Origin: an uncultured Planctomycetaceae bacterium
Lineage (GTDB): Bacteria; Planctomycetota; Planctomycetia; Planctomycetales; Planctomycetaceae
Assembly: GCA_963976765.1 (NCBI GenBank)
Contig: CAXBME010000014.1
Span: forward strand, 1-64,000
Reading direction: 5' to 3'
Length of the DNA stretch: 64,000 bases
The notes beneath the pieces were generated by a model. It ran no database searches. It saw nothing but the letters and a program-made list of their open reading frames with translations, and was not told where the DNA came from. The translations under genes were made by a program, and so were the position numbers. This document shows positions 28,157 to 37,338 of the stretch, piece by piece. Position 1 is the stretch's first letter, and each line of letters starts with the position of its first letter.

Positions 28157-29224
28157 TCACGGAGTCGGATCACCACCGATTCCGATAACAGTGAATTCGA
28201 TAGTTCGTGGATCGTCGAATGGCGCGAATGTAATACCGTCCCACGTGAGTTCGGCGTAGAAGCTGCCAGCAGAGCCAGTAACGGTGACTGACCAGGTCGG
28301 AAGGGTGTCAGAATCCAAGGTATAAGTAGCCCAAGGGGAGGATTCTTCGCTATCGAGATCCCAGATTACAAGCTCCACGATTTTACCATCTGGATTAGTT
28401 CCTCTGTCACCTGAAATTGTGACGAAGCCTCCAGTCTGGTCGATGTCTACGGTACTATCGTATGCAGGTGAACTGATTGACCAGCCAGTCATTTCCGATT
28501 CCTGCCCAAGCGAGATGGAGAACGTGTCAGTTGCCGTTTCTCCCTCGTTGTCGGTTACCTGGAGCCCAATCGTGTATGAGCTTCCCGCAGTTCCACCGTT
28601 GGCGATAATATCGGACCAGTACAGGGACAGTGAATCACCTGATTGATCACCGTAGACACCATCTCCGTTCAGGTCCCAGTCATACGAGACGATACTGCTG
28701 CCGGATTCGTCCTGGTCGTAGGACGAATATCCGTCAAAGTACCCGTCGGAACCGAAGTCGAGTGACGAGTCGCCGTTAATGACGGCAATCGGATTAGCAG
28801 AGGTTCCAAGCGAGATGGAGAACGTGTCAGTTGCCGTTTCTCCCTCGTTGTCGGTTACCTGGAGCCCAATCGTGTATGAGCTTCCCGCAGTTCCACCGTT
28901 GGCGATGATATCGGACCAGTACAGGGACAGTGAATCACCTGATTGGTCACCGTAAACACCATCTCCGTTCACGTCCCAGTCATATGAGTCAATCCAGCCT
29001 TCAGAATCCATGTCATATGACGAGTATCCATCCAGATTTACGTCCATTCCAAAATCTACGGTCGTGTCACCTGAAATCGCTGCCACTGGTGCTGTCAGAA
29101 GTAGCCGGCGCTCACAAATCTCAGCATTTCGCAGAATGAACGACTCCATGTGGCGACGCCGTGATTTTCGGGGCCTAAGGATGTCCCAAATTGAAATTGC
29201 TGTCATGCTCGTGTCCTCGATCAA
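28157..29224 (-). CDS. Extracellular PKD-repeat protein with planctomycete-type leader
   Basis: Basic leader with EICERRLLLT; two PKD-like domains (LDGYSSYD..G.I.SYDWD.NGDG...YTIGLQVTDNEG). Confidence 0.8.
   Translation of the reverse strand: MIEDTSMTAISIWDILRPRKSRRRHMESFILRNAEICERRLLLTAPVAAISGDTTVDFGMDVNLDGYSSYDMDSEGWIDSYDWDVNGDGVYGDQSGDSLSLYWSDIIANGGTAGSSYTIGLQVTDNEGETATDTFSISLGTSANPIAVINGDSSLDFGSDGYFDGYSSYDQDESGSSIVSYDWDLNGDGVYGDQSGDSLSLYWSDIIANGGTAGSSYTIGLQVTDNEGETATDTFSISLGQESEMTGWSISSPAYDSTVDIDQTGGFVTISGDRGTNPDGKIVELVIWDLDSEESSPWATYTLDSDTLPTWSVTVTGSAGSFYAELTWDGITFAPFDDPRTIEFTVIGIGGDPTP
28506..28988. repeat. 183-bp near-perfect direct repeat (28506-28688 / 28806-28988)
   Basis: Copies exactly 300 bp apart, 5 mismatches counted by eye. 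Confidence 0.9.
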
Positions 29225-29352
29225 CAGAGTTTAAACAAGACTGCCCACGGAGAATCGACACAGTCATACCCATGTGGCATTTTGTTTCAATCACAAAATT
29301 CCAAAATATCGAAAATCTCGTCAGTACGAGCTTATCTTGCTGTCCGCAATAA

Positions 29353-30303
29353 AGTCTGATCGACGCGATGAATAAATACCTGCGGGAAATGCGTGAGGAA
29401 CAGACGGACCTGTCTGGAAATGTGGCGTGCCTGAGCAGTTTTCTGGACCGACTGGAGCAGATTCGCGATGAAGACCTGCCGCGGTACGAAAAGAAATTCA
29501 AGGATGGATTGAACGACAAAGTCAGCCAGGAAATCGGCACGTTCCATTCGGGCCTGCGGCAGGAGTGCCGGGAACTCGAAGACAGAATTGAGCAACTCAA
29601 CGAAGCTCTGTCGCAGCTTGACTATCGAGACGGCACATTCATGCGTCTGGAGCCACGACAGATTCCAGATCGCCAGATCGACGAATTCAAACGGGCGCTG
29701 CGTGAATGTCTCGACGAATCGCTGGAGAACACAGACGACGCCAACGAAGCCCGCTTTGTGAGAATCCAGAAACTCGTTCAGCGGATGGCGGATAAGGATG
29801 AGGCCCGCTGGCGGGACCGGGTCATTGACGTTCGAAACTGGTACAGCTTTGCCGCTCGCGAGATCGACAAGGAAACTCGCGAGACGCGCGGATTCTATGA
29901 AGGCAGTTCCGGTCAATCGGGCGGAGAAAAGGCGAAGCTGGCCTTCACGATTCTGGTAGCGGCGATCGCGTATCAGAATGACATCGATCCCGACCAGATG
30001 ACGCCGGGCCGTTTTCACTTCGTCGTCGTGGATGAAATGTTCTCGAAGATCGACGACGAGAATGCCAAACGCGCGCTCCGGCTGTTTGAGAGGTTCGGTC
30101 TGCAGATTCTGATCGTCGCCCCGCTGGACGCGAAGGCTCGTGTGACGGAGCCATTCGTTGACAGCTATCTACACGTCGTCAAAGACGAGACGACGAATCG
30201 GTCGCAGCTCTACAGCATGACGGCTCGTGAATACGAAGAGATCGTCCAGGGCTTCGACGACGATTCGACCGCCGCCAGAGCACCTCGACGTGCTCCGAAA
30301 TGA
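29353..30303 (+). pseudogene. jetC: Wadjet JetC (SMC-like ATPase), C-terminal fragment only
   Basis: Signature SGQSGGEKAKLAFTIL and Walker B VVVDEMFSKID present; no Walker A; in-frame TAA at 29350. Confidence 0.85.
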
Positions 30304-30315
30304 CAACTCGCGTCA

Positions 30316-31503
30316 GTGAGCGACAGGTGCTTTGATTTCAGGTGTCCAATTTCCATGATCACTCCATCAGAAATTGCCAGTAAAGCAGCAAACGCCTTCG
30401 AAAAGAAATTTCTCCCGCTCTGGATTCGCAGTGATGACGCCGAATTCTTTCCGCTGCAGATTCGAGCGAGTCTCTCGCTCAACGCGAATGACATTTCATC
30501 GACGATTCGGTCGGTCGACAAACTTCGCGAGGGATCAAAGCAGTCCCGTAGCTGGGGCTACACAGTCCACTGGGAAGAGGTCCGCCTTCGCGACTTCGGC
30601 CGAAACCTGAAACCGGCTCGCGTCACGGTCGACACACTGGATGATTTGTTGAGGCTGACGGGAAAGGTCAAGTCGTTTCAGGAAACGTGCTCCGTCGTCG
30701 CGCGATTGCGCGCCGACCTGCCTGATCTCGAAGACTGGATCGTCGGCCACGTCCGGACGCTGGGAAAACTACACGACTCCATCGACGGTCTGATCGCGGT
30801 ATCGCGATTCTTCATGGAGAATCCGTGGCCAGACTGCTACGCACGTCAGATTCCCGTTCCGGTCGACACGAAATTCATAGAACGCCATGAATCGACACTC
30901 CGCCAATGGCTTCGGCTGCTGCTGCCCGGTTCAGCGATTGACGTGAGTGAGTCACAATTCGCCAACCAGTTCGGGCTTCGCGACAAACAGGCGCATCGAG
31001 GAATTCGAATCCTGGACGAGGCCCTCCTGACGGAGTTGCATCTGCCGTTCGTCGAACTTTCGCTGCCACTGCAAGCACTCGCAGCACTACCAGTGCGAGA
31101 CACAACCGTAATTGTCGTCGAAAACCGCCTGAACCTCTTCACGCTACCTTTAATGCACCGGAGCCTCGGGATCGAGGGAGAGGGCAAAGCCGTCACACGT
31201 CTTAGAAAACTCGAATGGCTGCATGTCAATCGCTTGATTTACTGGGGCGACATCGATGTGGACGGATTCGAGATTCTGTCGTCTCTGCGTAACCTGTTTC
31301 CGCACGTTGAAAGTGTGTTGATGGACGAGAAAACCCTCGATACGCATCCAAACGCGCAGATTCCAGGAAACAAACGTGAGCCACCGCCACCATCGAACTT
31401 GAAACCGCACGAAGCTGCAGCTTTCCAGCTTTGTGCTCAGCACAACATCCGCCTTGAACAGGAAAAAGTGCTGCAGAAGTATACGGAGGCAGCCCTGACG
31501 TAA
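30316..31503 (+). CDS. jetD: Wadjet JetD Toprim nuclease (DUF3322+DUF2220); start may be ATG 30355
   Basis: MITP, RQIPVPVDTKFIE, VVEN, YWGDIDVDGFEIL, RLEQE. Confidence 0.9.
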   Translation: MSDRCFDFRCPISMITPSEIASKAANAFEKKFLPLWIRSDDAEFFPLQIRASLSLNANDISSTIRSVDKLREGSKQSRSWGYTVHWEEVRLRDFGRNLKPARVTVDTLDDLLRLTGKVKSFQETCSVVARLRADLPDLEDWIVGHVRTLGKLHDSIDGLIAVSRFFMENPWPDCYARQIPVPVDTKFIERHESTLRQWLRLLLPGSAIDVSESQFANQFGLRDKQAHRGIRILDEALLTELHLPFVELSLPLQALAALPVRDTTVIVVENRLNLFTLPLMHRSLGIEGEGKAVTRLRKLEWLHVNRLIYWGDIDVDGFEILSSLRNLFPHVESVLMDEKTLDTHPNAQIPGNKREPPPPSNLKPHEAAAFQLCAQHNIRLEQEKVLQKYTEAALT

Positions 31504-31688
31504 TTCATGACCGGCAATGAGAAGTCTCGAAGCGGTGATGCGAACTGAAATCGCCTATTTCAGAGCCAGTCAGGGAGTGGGGCCTTAAAAAAGAAGAAAA
31601 ACGGGGCATAATGAAGCGAGGAGATGTGGATTAACCATCGGCAGCCAGTCCCCGGACAGCATCACGTGTTGAATCAGAGTGGTTTTGA

Positions 31689-32648
31689 ATGGATTCCAAT
31701 TCGCCAGTTACGTGCTCAGACGATGAAGAACTGAGGACGAACTACAAACTCGACCTGCGCTACTTCACTGACGCGGGATTTTGCCCAGCGATGGTGCGGA
31801 AACGGTCGCGACGGGCGTTCGAGCTGTTCCTGTGCATCAGCAATCAATGGCTGCGTGCGCACAGGCAGGCCGTGACTCCAACGCACGTTGATCTGTGTCG
31901 GGCTTGCGGACTTGATCCCCGGGACAGCAATTCTCGGAGTGTAATTTCGAGGCTGCTGAAACAGCTTCGTGAGACTTACAAGGTCATAGACTTCACGCCG
32001 GTTCGCCGCAAGAGGCCAACGATCACCGTTCGCCCGCCAGTCGAAAACGAAGATTCGGTTCTCCCACAGCACTACGTCTATTTCGACGAGGGCTGGAGCG
32101 CCGCCCTGCGAACGATCTTCGATCGGCTTGGGGGGAGAGCCTTCTCAGCGGAATACATGTACCTGATCGCGAAGTACGAATCGGCGCTGGCCAGCCGTAA
32201 ACAGGGACGCAGTTACTGGTTCTTTCCACTGGAAAGGATCACGGAGACGTTCCACGTGTCGTCGCAGTTCGCGTCTTCCGGTTTGCGGGGCCTGGTTGAA
32301 CTCGGCATGATGCACGTCTGCCATGGACAGTTCGGCATCACCTCGCCAAATGGCGAGTTCGGTGCTGCTAATCGCTACTACTTCGACGGATGCAACGCAG
32401 CAATTCAGCGCGACGACCAGCTTGGCAGGCTCGAAATCGAGCACGGAAAGCAGCTTGCCATCGCCCGGGAACTCGCGCCGACGCTCATGAACGGCCAGAC
32501 CGTACAGAATGTCACCGGCATCTTCGATCTGATCCTTGAGCACGGCGAGATTCACGTTCGCAACGTGATCGGCGGAGTCAGTCAGACCCCGCCACGCAGT
32601 TTGAAACGTCGCCTGCCGTACGTTCAAAAGCTGGCTTCCGATCGTTGA
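31689..32648 (+). CDS. Hypothetical DNA-binding protein, tandem winged-helix, Rep-like
   Basis: Two HTH-like segments (VDLCRACGL...VISRLLKQL; PLERITETFHVS...GLRGLVELGMM...NRYY). Confidence 0.5.
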   Translation: MDSNSPVTCSDDEELRTNYKLDLRYFTDAGFCPAMVRKRSRRAFELFLCISNQWLRAHRQAVTPTHVDLCRACGLDPRDSNSRSVISRLLKQLRETYKVIDFTPVRRKRPTITVRPPVENEDSVLPQHYVYFDEGWSAALRTIFDRLGGRAFSAEYMYLIAKYESALASRKQGRSYWFFPLERITETFHVSSQFASSGLRGLVELGMMHVCHGQFGITSPNGEFGAANRYYFDGCNAAIQRDDQLGRLEIEHGKQLAIARELAPTLMNGQTVQNVTGIFDLILEHGEIHVRNVIGGVSQTPPRSLKRRLPYVQKLASDR

Positions 32649-32752
32649 AATATCCCGAGAGGACGAATGTTTGAGATTTATATTGCATTATGAGATTTGT
32701 TATCTAATAATGGGGGGCGACGAGGAGAATTACAGGCGAGAAGGAGCGTGCC

Positions 32753-33220
32753 GTGATAGAGACCGACGAATCAGCAGACGCACGGACGATTATTGAAGCC
32801 GTGATCCGCGAAGCGCAGGAGTCCGCAGCCGTTGTCGGTCGATTCCTGCAAAGCATGGATTCCTCAGTCGTCCGCTGCCTGACTCATGACCTCTTGCTGA
32901 AACTCGATGCGTGTAGTCGCATCTATCGGTGGGAACGCGCTGGTGTCTCCAGCCATCTTGATGCCGGACTTCCGGGGGCAGCCGAAGTGTTTGCTGACGT
33001 CGAACGCGAATTTCGCGGCCAGCCAGCCCTGTACCCCGTGCAGGAGCTCGGGCGACGCGTATTCATCTTCGCAATGCAGCGTATGAGTTGGCGTTTCAAC
33101 GCGACTCATCTTGATGCGGAAATCGTCGACACAACGGCCCCGAAAGAACTTCTCGACGCGCTCGCTCGACTTCTCTTGGATGACCGTCATCTCGCACCTG
33201 ACCAATCAGACCAGTCGTGA
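32753..33220 (+). CDS. Hypothetical protein upstream of the serine recombinase
   Basis: AAGGAG RBS and GTG start; co-oriented with the recombinase. Confidence 0.65.
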   Translation: MIETDESADARTIIEAVIREAQESAAVVGRFLQSMDSSVVRCLTHDLLLKLDACSRIYRWERAGVSSHLDAGLPGAAEVFADVEREFRGQPALYPVQELGRRVFIFAMQRMSWRFNATHLDAEIVDTTAPKELLDALARLLLDDRHLAPDQSDQS

Positions 33221-33294
33221 AAGTTATTTCACACCTCTTTTCGAAGTCGTTTCAAACCAGGGCGTGATCGCCGTCTAACAGAGAAGGAGGCCTC

Positions 33295-35298
33295 ATGCCT
33301 GCTCGAACAAAACGTGATGCCTTGTGCTACCTGCGGCGCAGTACATCGAAACAGGAGATGGGGATTCACGGACAGCTCGAATGGGCACTTCAGACTGCCC
33401 GCGAACACGAAGTGAATCTTGAAGCGAACACGGACGACATTCAAAAGATGCTGCAAAGTGGTTTGAAAAGCTATCGCGGCATACTGCTTGACGACGGAAT
33501 CTCAGGCAGTCGCCTCGACCGGCCAGGCTTTGTTGCGCTTCGTCGTGAAGCAATTCAGAATCGAAACGTCAGTCACATTCTGATCCACAAGTCCGATCGG
33601 TTTGCCAGACCAGAGCAGGCAGTCCAGGCGATGTCGATGGAAACAGAGCTACTGCTCGCCGGCCTGACCATCGTCTTCTCAAACCGTACCTCTGAGCCTC
33701 GTGAAAGAGGAATCTACTACTTCGATCGAGATATTCTCCTGCTCCATGAATACAGTCTGAACGGAGAATTCCTGACTCAGCTTGCCGAACGCGTGCTGGC
33801 GGCTCAGATTCGGCTTGCAAAGAGCGGCTACTGGACAGGAGGCCCCGCGCCGTACGGATTTGTCCGAGTGCTATGCGATACAGCTGGCAACGAAATCATG
33901 GTTCTTGATGAAAAGACCACGGTCCGTCGTGAAGGGTGTCACGTCAGAATTCGCGTCGATGAACAGAAGCCAGAACGTCTTGAAACGTGGTTGAGAATTC
34001 TTAAGTGGTACGGTGGCGATGGCTGGGGTGTGAAGCGGATCGCGAATCGACTGAACGAACTGCGCATCCCCTCGCCAAATGCCGGTCAAGCTCGCGAGAT
34101 CGGCGGCGTACTCCGCCCGAATTCGGGCAAGTGGCACCAAACCAGCGTCATGAATCTCATCAAAAACCAGGCCATCATCGGCATGGTCGTCTTTGGGACT
34201 CGCTCAGAAGGGGCGCATCGACGATTCTCTCCAGATGGTCCACGAACTTTGACTGAGTCAGATCGAACTGAGAGAGATGAGGCACGTAGTATCGTCAACC
34301 CGGAGGAAGAGCCGATTGTTGTTGAGACAGGCTACAAGCCCGCCGCCAGCATCGACCTCTTTCAGTCGTGTCAGGAGCAACGTGAGAAGCGAGGCAAAAG
34401 TCAGCGAGGAATTTCGAAGTCCGATCCGGCGACCTATCCTTTGAGCACCCGTATTTACGACATCTCTGGCAACTGCAACGCGACCTTCTATGGAGTGAAG
34501 AAGAATGAAAAACGCTCGTACATTTGCTCCGCCTACACCGAGTCCGATGGCCGTGAGTGTTTTCGACATGCCATCGATGCAGATGTTGCACTCCGATATA
34601 CAATCAACACTCTGAGGCAGCGACTGATCGCTGCGGGCGGACGAAAGGCTCTGCGAAGTCGACTTGAAGCGCTGGCAGCAGACGACCAGATAGACTCATG
34701 CGATGCCGCACTCGACGAGCTGACGCTGATTGAGAAACGCTGCGAGTCATTGAAAGCGGAAGCGGAAACAACGCTCACCAATATGAGTCGTGCGAAAACT
34801 GACACTGCCTTCTCGGCTCTCGAACAACGTCATGAAGCGACGCTTGCCGACATCGAAAAACTGGAATCAGAGGCTGAGGTTCTTCGCACGAGAAAGACGG
34901 TTGGCACAGACGGAAAGCATCGCGCCGTTGAGGAAGCGCTCAGGCTCTACGACGAAATAGACCGCATCACGTCTGACGAAAACGCTCGCCCTGACATCAA
35001 CCGTGTCCTCAGTCAGCTCAATTTCCAAATGGGCCTGCGGTACATCGAAAATCCACGCAGTAAGCGGCCCAAGAGAATTCTCGCTGGCGGACGGCTTACA
35101 CTTGGCGACAATCCTCGCCGAGAACACAATTCACTTGGCAGCAGTGACCATCCATCGGACATGGATGGAGACGGAAAAGACTTGGAGTCCGATCCGTCAG
35201 GATGTTTACACCCCACTCCTGCCGCCCATGTTGTCCAGCAAGCGGACCAATGTATCGGGAAGGACCACGGCGGTAAGCGACGATGTTCCGGCATCTGA
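33295..35298 (+). CDS. Large serine recombinase (resolvase + recombinase + zinc ribbon/coiled coil)
   Basis: AGGAGG RBS; YLRRST catalytic Ser, DDGISG, RPGF, DRFAR, GGPAPYGF, IANRLN, YIC...C, coiled coil. Confidence 0.93.
   Translation: MPARTKRDALCYLRRSTSKQEMGIHGQLEWALQTAREHEVNLEANTDDIQKMLQSGLKSYRGILLDDGISGSRLDRPGFVALRREAIQNRNVSHILIHKSDRFARPEQAVQAMSMETELLLAGLTIVFSNRTSEPRERGIYYFDRDILLLHEYSLNGEFLTQLAERVLAAQIRLAKSGYWTGGPAPYGFVRVLCDTAGNEIMVLDEKTTVRREGCHVRIRVDEQKPERLETWLRILKWYGGDGWGVKRIANRLNELRIPSPNAGQAREIGGVLRPNSGKWHQTSVMNLIKNQAIIGMVVFGTRSEGAHRRFSPDGPRTLTESDRTERDEARSIVNPEEEPIVVETGYKPAASIDLFQSCQEQREKRGKSQRGISKSDPATYPLSTRIYDISGNCNATFYGVKKNEKRSYICSAYTESDGRECFRHAIDADVALRYTINTLRQRLIAAGGRKALRSRLEALAADDQIDSCDAALDELTLIEKRCESLKAEAETTLTNMSRAKTDTAFSALEQRHEATLADIEKLESEAEVLRTRKTVGTDGKHRAVEEALRLYDEIDRITSDENARPDINRVLSQLNFQMGLRYIENPRSKRPKRILAGGRLTLGDNPRREHNSLGSSDHPSDMDGDGKDLESDPSGCLHPTPAAHVVQQADQCIGKDHGGKRRCSGI
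35258..35295 (+). other. Candidate att site resembling the 3' half of a small SRP RNA
   Basis: GGAAGGACCACGGCGGTAAGCGACGATGTTCCGGCATC resembles the 4.5S RNA from the GGAA loop onward; lies in the last codons of the recombinase at the island/core transition. Confidence 0.35.
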
Positions 35299-35425
35299 AG
35301 AATAAAGCATGCCGGAGCGGCGCTGCGCTTGATTCGGCCAGCTGATTGAGATCGGATTCTCACACAAAGACGCCAGGTTGAGTGAGCCTCAGACACGACC
35401 ATCATCCCGAACGAGGTATCCAGCA

Positions 35426-36451
35426 ATGATTCGACTGATCACCGCTTTGACGATTGGAACACTGATGGCTGCTTTATTGTCCGATGCTCAGGCGGCAGAC
35501 CTGATGGTTTCCGGTGACTCGAGAATCGTCCCCGCAGGTGCAACTCTGGAGACGTTGTGGGAAGACGGCGGCTTTACCGAAGGAGCAGCCTCTGGCTCTG
35601 ACGGCTGCATCTACTTCAGCGATTTCGCTCAGCCGTTCGATTCCGGCCCGGCTCGAGTCATGAAGTTCGATCCGAAATCCAGAATGATCACGGTCCACTG
35701 TCCCGACAGCGGGATGGGCAACGGATTGATGTTTACTCGTGACGGGAAACTGATCGGTTGCTGCGCGTCGCCGTTGGGCGGGCATCGAGCGTTGGTCGAG
35801 TTCCTCTCCGACGGAACCGTCCTGCCGATCGTCTCGAAGTTTGAAGGCAAACGATTCAACTCACCCAACGACCTCGTCATCGATCGTAAAGGGCGAATCT
35901 ACTTTAGCGACCCGAAGTACGTCGGCCCTGAGAAAATGGAACTCGACCGGTTCAACCTGTTCCGCCTCGACCCGGACGGCACACTTCAGATCGCGACTCA
36001 GGCCATCGACAAACCCAACGGAGTCATGCTGTCTCCTGATCAGAGAACGCTCTACGTCGCCGAAACCGACAACGGCAGCGCGACCGCCGACCTCGACAAA
36101 GAACCGGCCACTCCCGGCCGCATGACACTCAATGCGTTCGTCGTGAACGATGACGGATCGCTCGGAGCGAAAACCGTGCTGCACAACTTCGGCAACGAAA
36201 CCGGCATCGACGGCATGACGGTCGACAAAGAAGGCCACATCTACGCTGCCGTCCGCTCAAAAAGCCGCTTCGGTATCGTCGTCTTCGACAAGTTCGGGCA
36301 CGAGCTGGCCTACATCCAGACGCCCGTTCTCCCCACCAACTGCGTCTTTGGCCGCAACGACCAGCAGAAAACTCTCTACATCACCGCCGGCAGCGGCCTG
36401 TACCGAATCAACCTTGGTATCCCCGGCCACCACGCCGCACTTGTGGAGTAG
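35426..36451 (+). CDS. SMP-30/gluconolactonase/LRE family protein
   Basis: FTEG, NGL, FNSPNDL, PNG..LSPD, DGMTVD, PTNCVFG; signal peptide. Confidence 0.92.
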   Translation: MIRLITALTIGTLMAALLSDAQAADLMVSGDSRIVPAGATLETLWEDGGFTEGAASGSDGCIYFSDFAQPFDSGPARVMKFDPKSRMITVHCPDSGMGNGLMFTRDGKLIGCCASPLGGHRALVEFLSDGTVLPIVSKFEGKRFNSPNDLVIDRKGRIYFSDPKYVGPEKMELDRFNLFRLDPDGTLQIATQAIDKPNGVMLSPDQRTLYVAETDNGSATADLDKEPATPGRMTLNAFVVNDDGSLGAKTVLHNFGNETGIDGMTVDKEGHIYAAVRSKSRFGIVVFDKFGHELAYIQTPVLPTNCVFGRNDQQKTLYITAGSGLYRINLGIPGHHAALVE

Positions 36452-36457
36452 CGTGCG

Positions 36458-37338
36458 ATGTCGGAAAGCGACAAGGTTGAAACTCCAGAACGGTCGCGTC
36501 GACTCTTAATAATTTTCGCGAGCGTAGTCGCCGTGCCTGCAATTCTGATGGGAGCTGGGTGGCTTTACCTCGACCATCACAAATCAATCGAACGGCGGCC
36601 GTGGAAATGCGGCAACTATCTTCGGCAGGTAGCCGGTGGAGTGATGCACTACTACGAGGCTCACGGTGAGTTTCCTCCGCCGTACACAGTCGATGAATCT
36701 GGGAAGAAGCTTCATAGCTGGCGAACGCTCATTCTGCCGTTTATGGACCACCATGTTCTTTATGAGCAGCTCCGTCTCGATGAGCCGTGGGACAGCCCAC
36801 ACAACAGGTCAGTCGAGAATCGATACGCACTCATCGGAAACGAATACGGAGATCTTCCTCGTGATCAGTACCACTGCCCGAGTGATCCTGAGGGCGACGA
36901 GGGGCAACCGCTCGACGCCAGCTACTTCGTCGTCACCGGCCCCGGAACTGCGTGGCAGCACGATCGCAAAGTTACGTTAGCTGATATGGTAGACGGAGCA
37001 GCTAATACCATCATGGTTATCGATGTTGCCGATTCCGGAGTTCACTGGATGGAGCCTCGTGATTTTCACATTGACGAGATTCCACTCCCTGCACCTTTCA
37101 CTAAACGGCGAGGCATTACGAGTCATCACGTATCAAAAGAGACTTACCTAGGAAACGCCGGAGATCTCGTCGGCTATCAGGATATTCAGCCCGAAGGTGG
37201 AAACGCCGTGACCTTTAGCGGCAATGTCTTTTCCTCCCATACGACGCTCCGGCTTCGCAGATTCGTTCGATGTTGAAGATCAACGATGGCAAACCAGGAG
37301 ACAACTGGCGTGAGACCTTTTGGGATGAGGTCAAATGA
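36458..37338 (+). CDS. DUF1559 domain protein with an apparent 1-nt deletion frameshift at 37229-37232
   Basis: CGNYLRQV, HSWRTLILPF, EPWDSPHN, DGAANT, WMEP; adding one T restores FFLPYD...SMLKINDG and a stop overlapping the next ATG. Confidence 0.75.

Noticed and set aside
35285..35318. Hairpin after the serine recombinase as an intrinsic terminator
   Set aside because: 14-nt loop and no U-tract; it overlaps the candidate att fragment.
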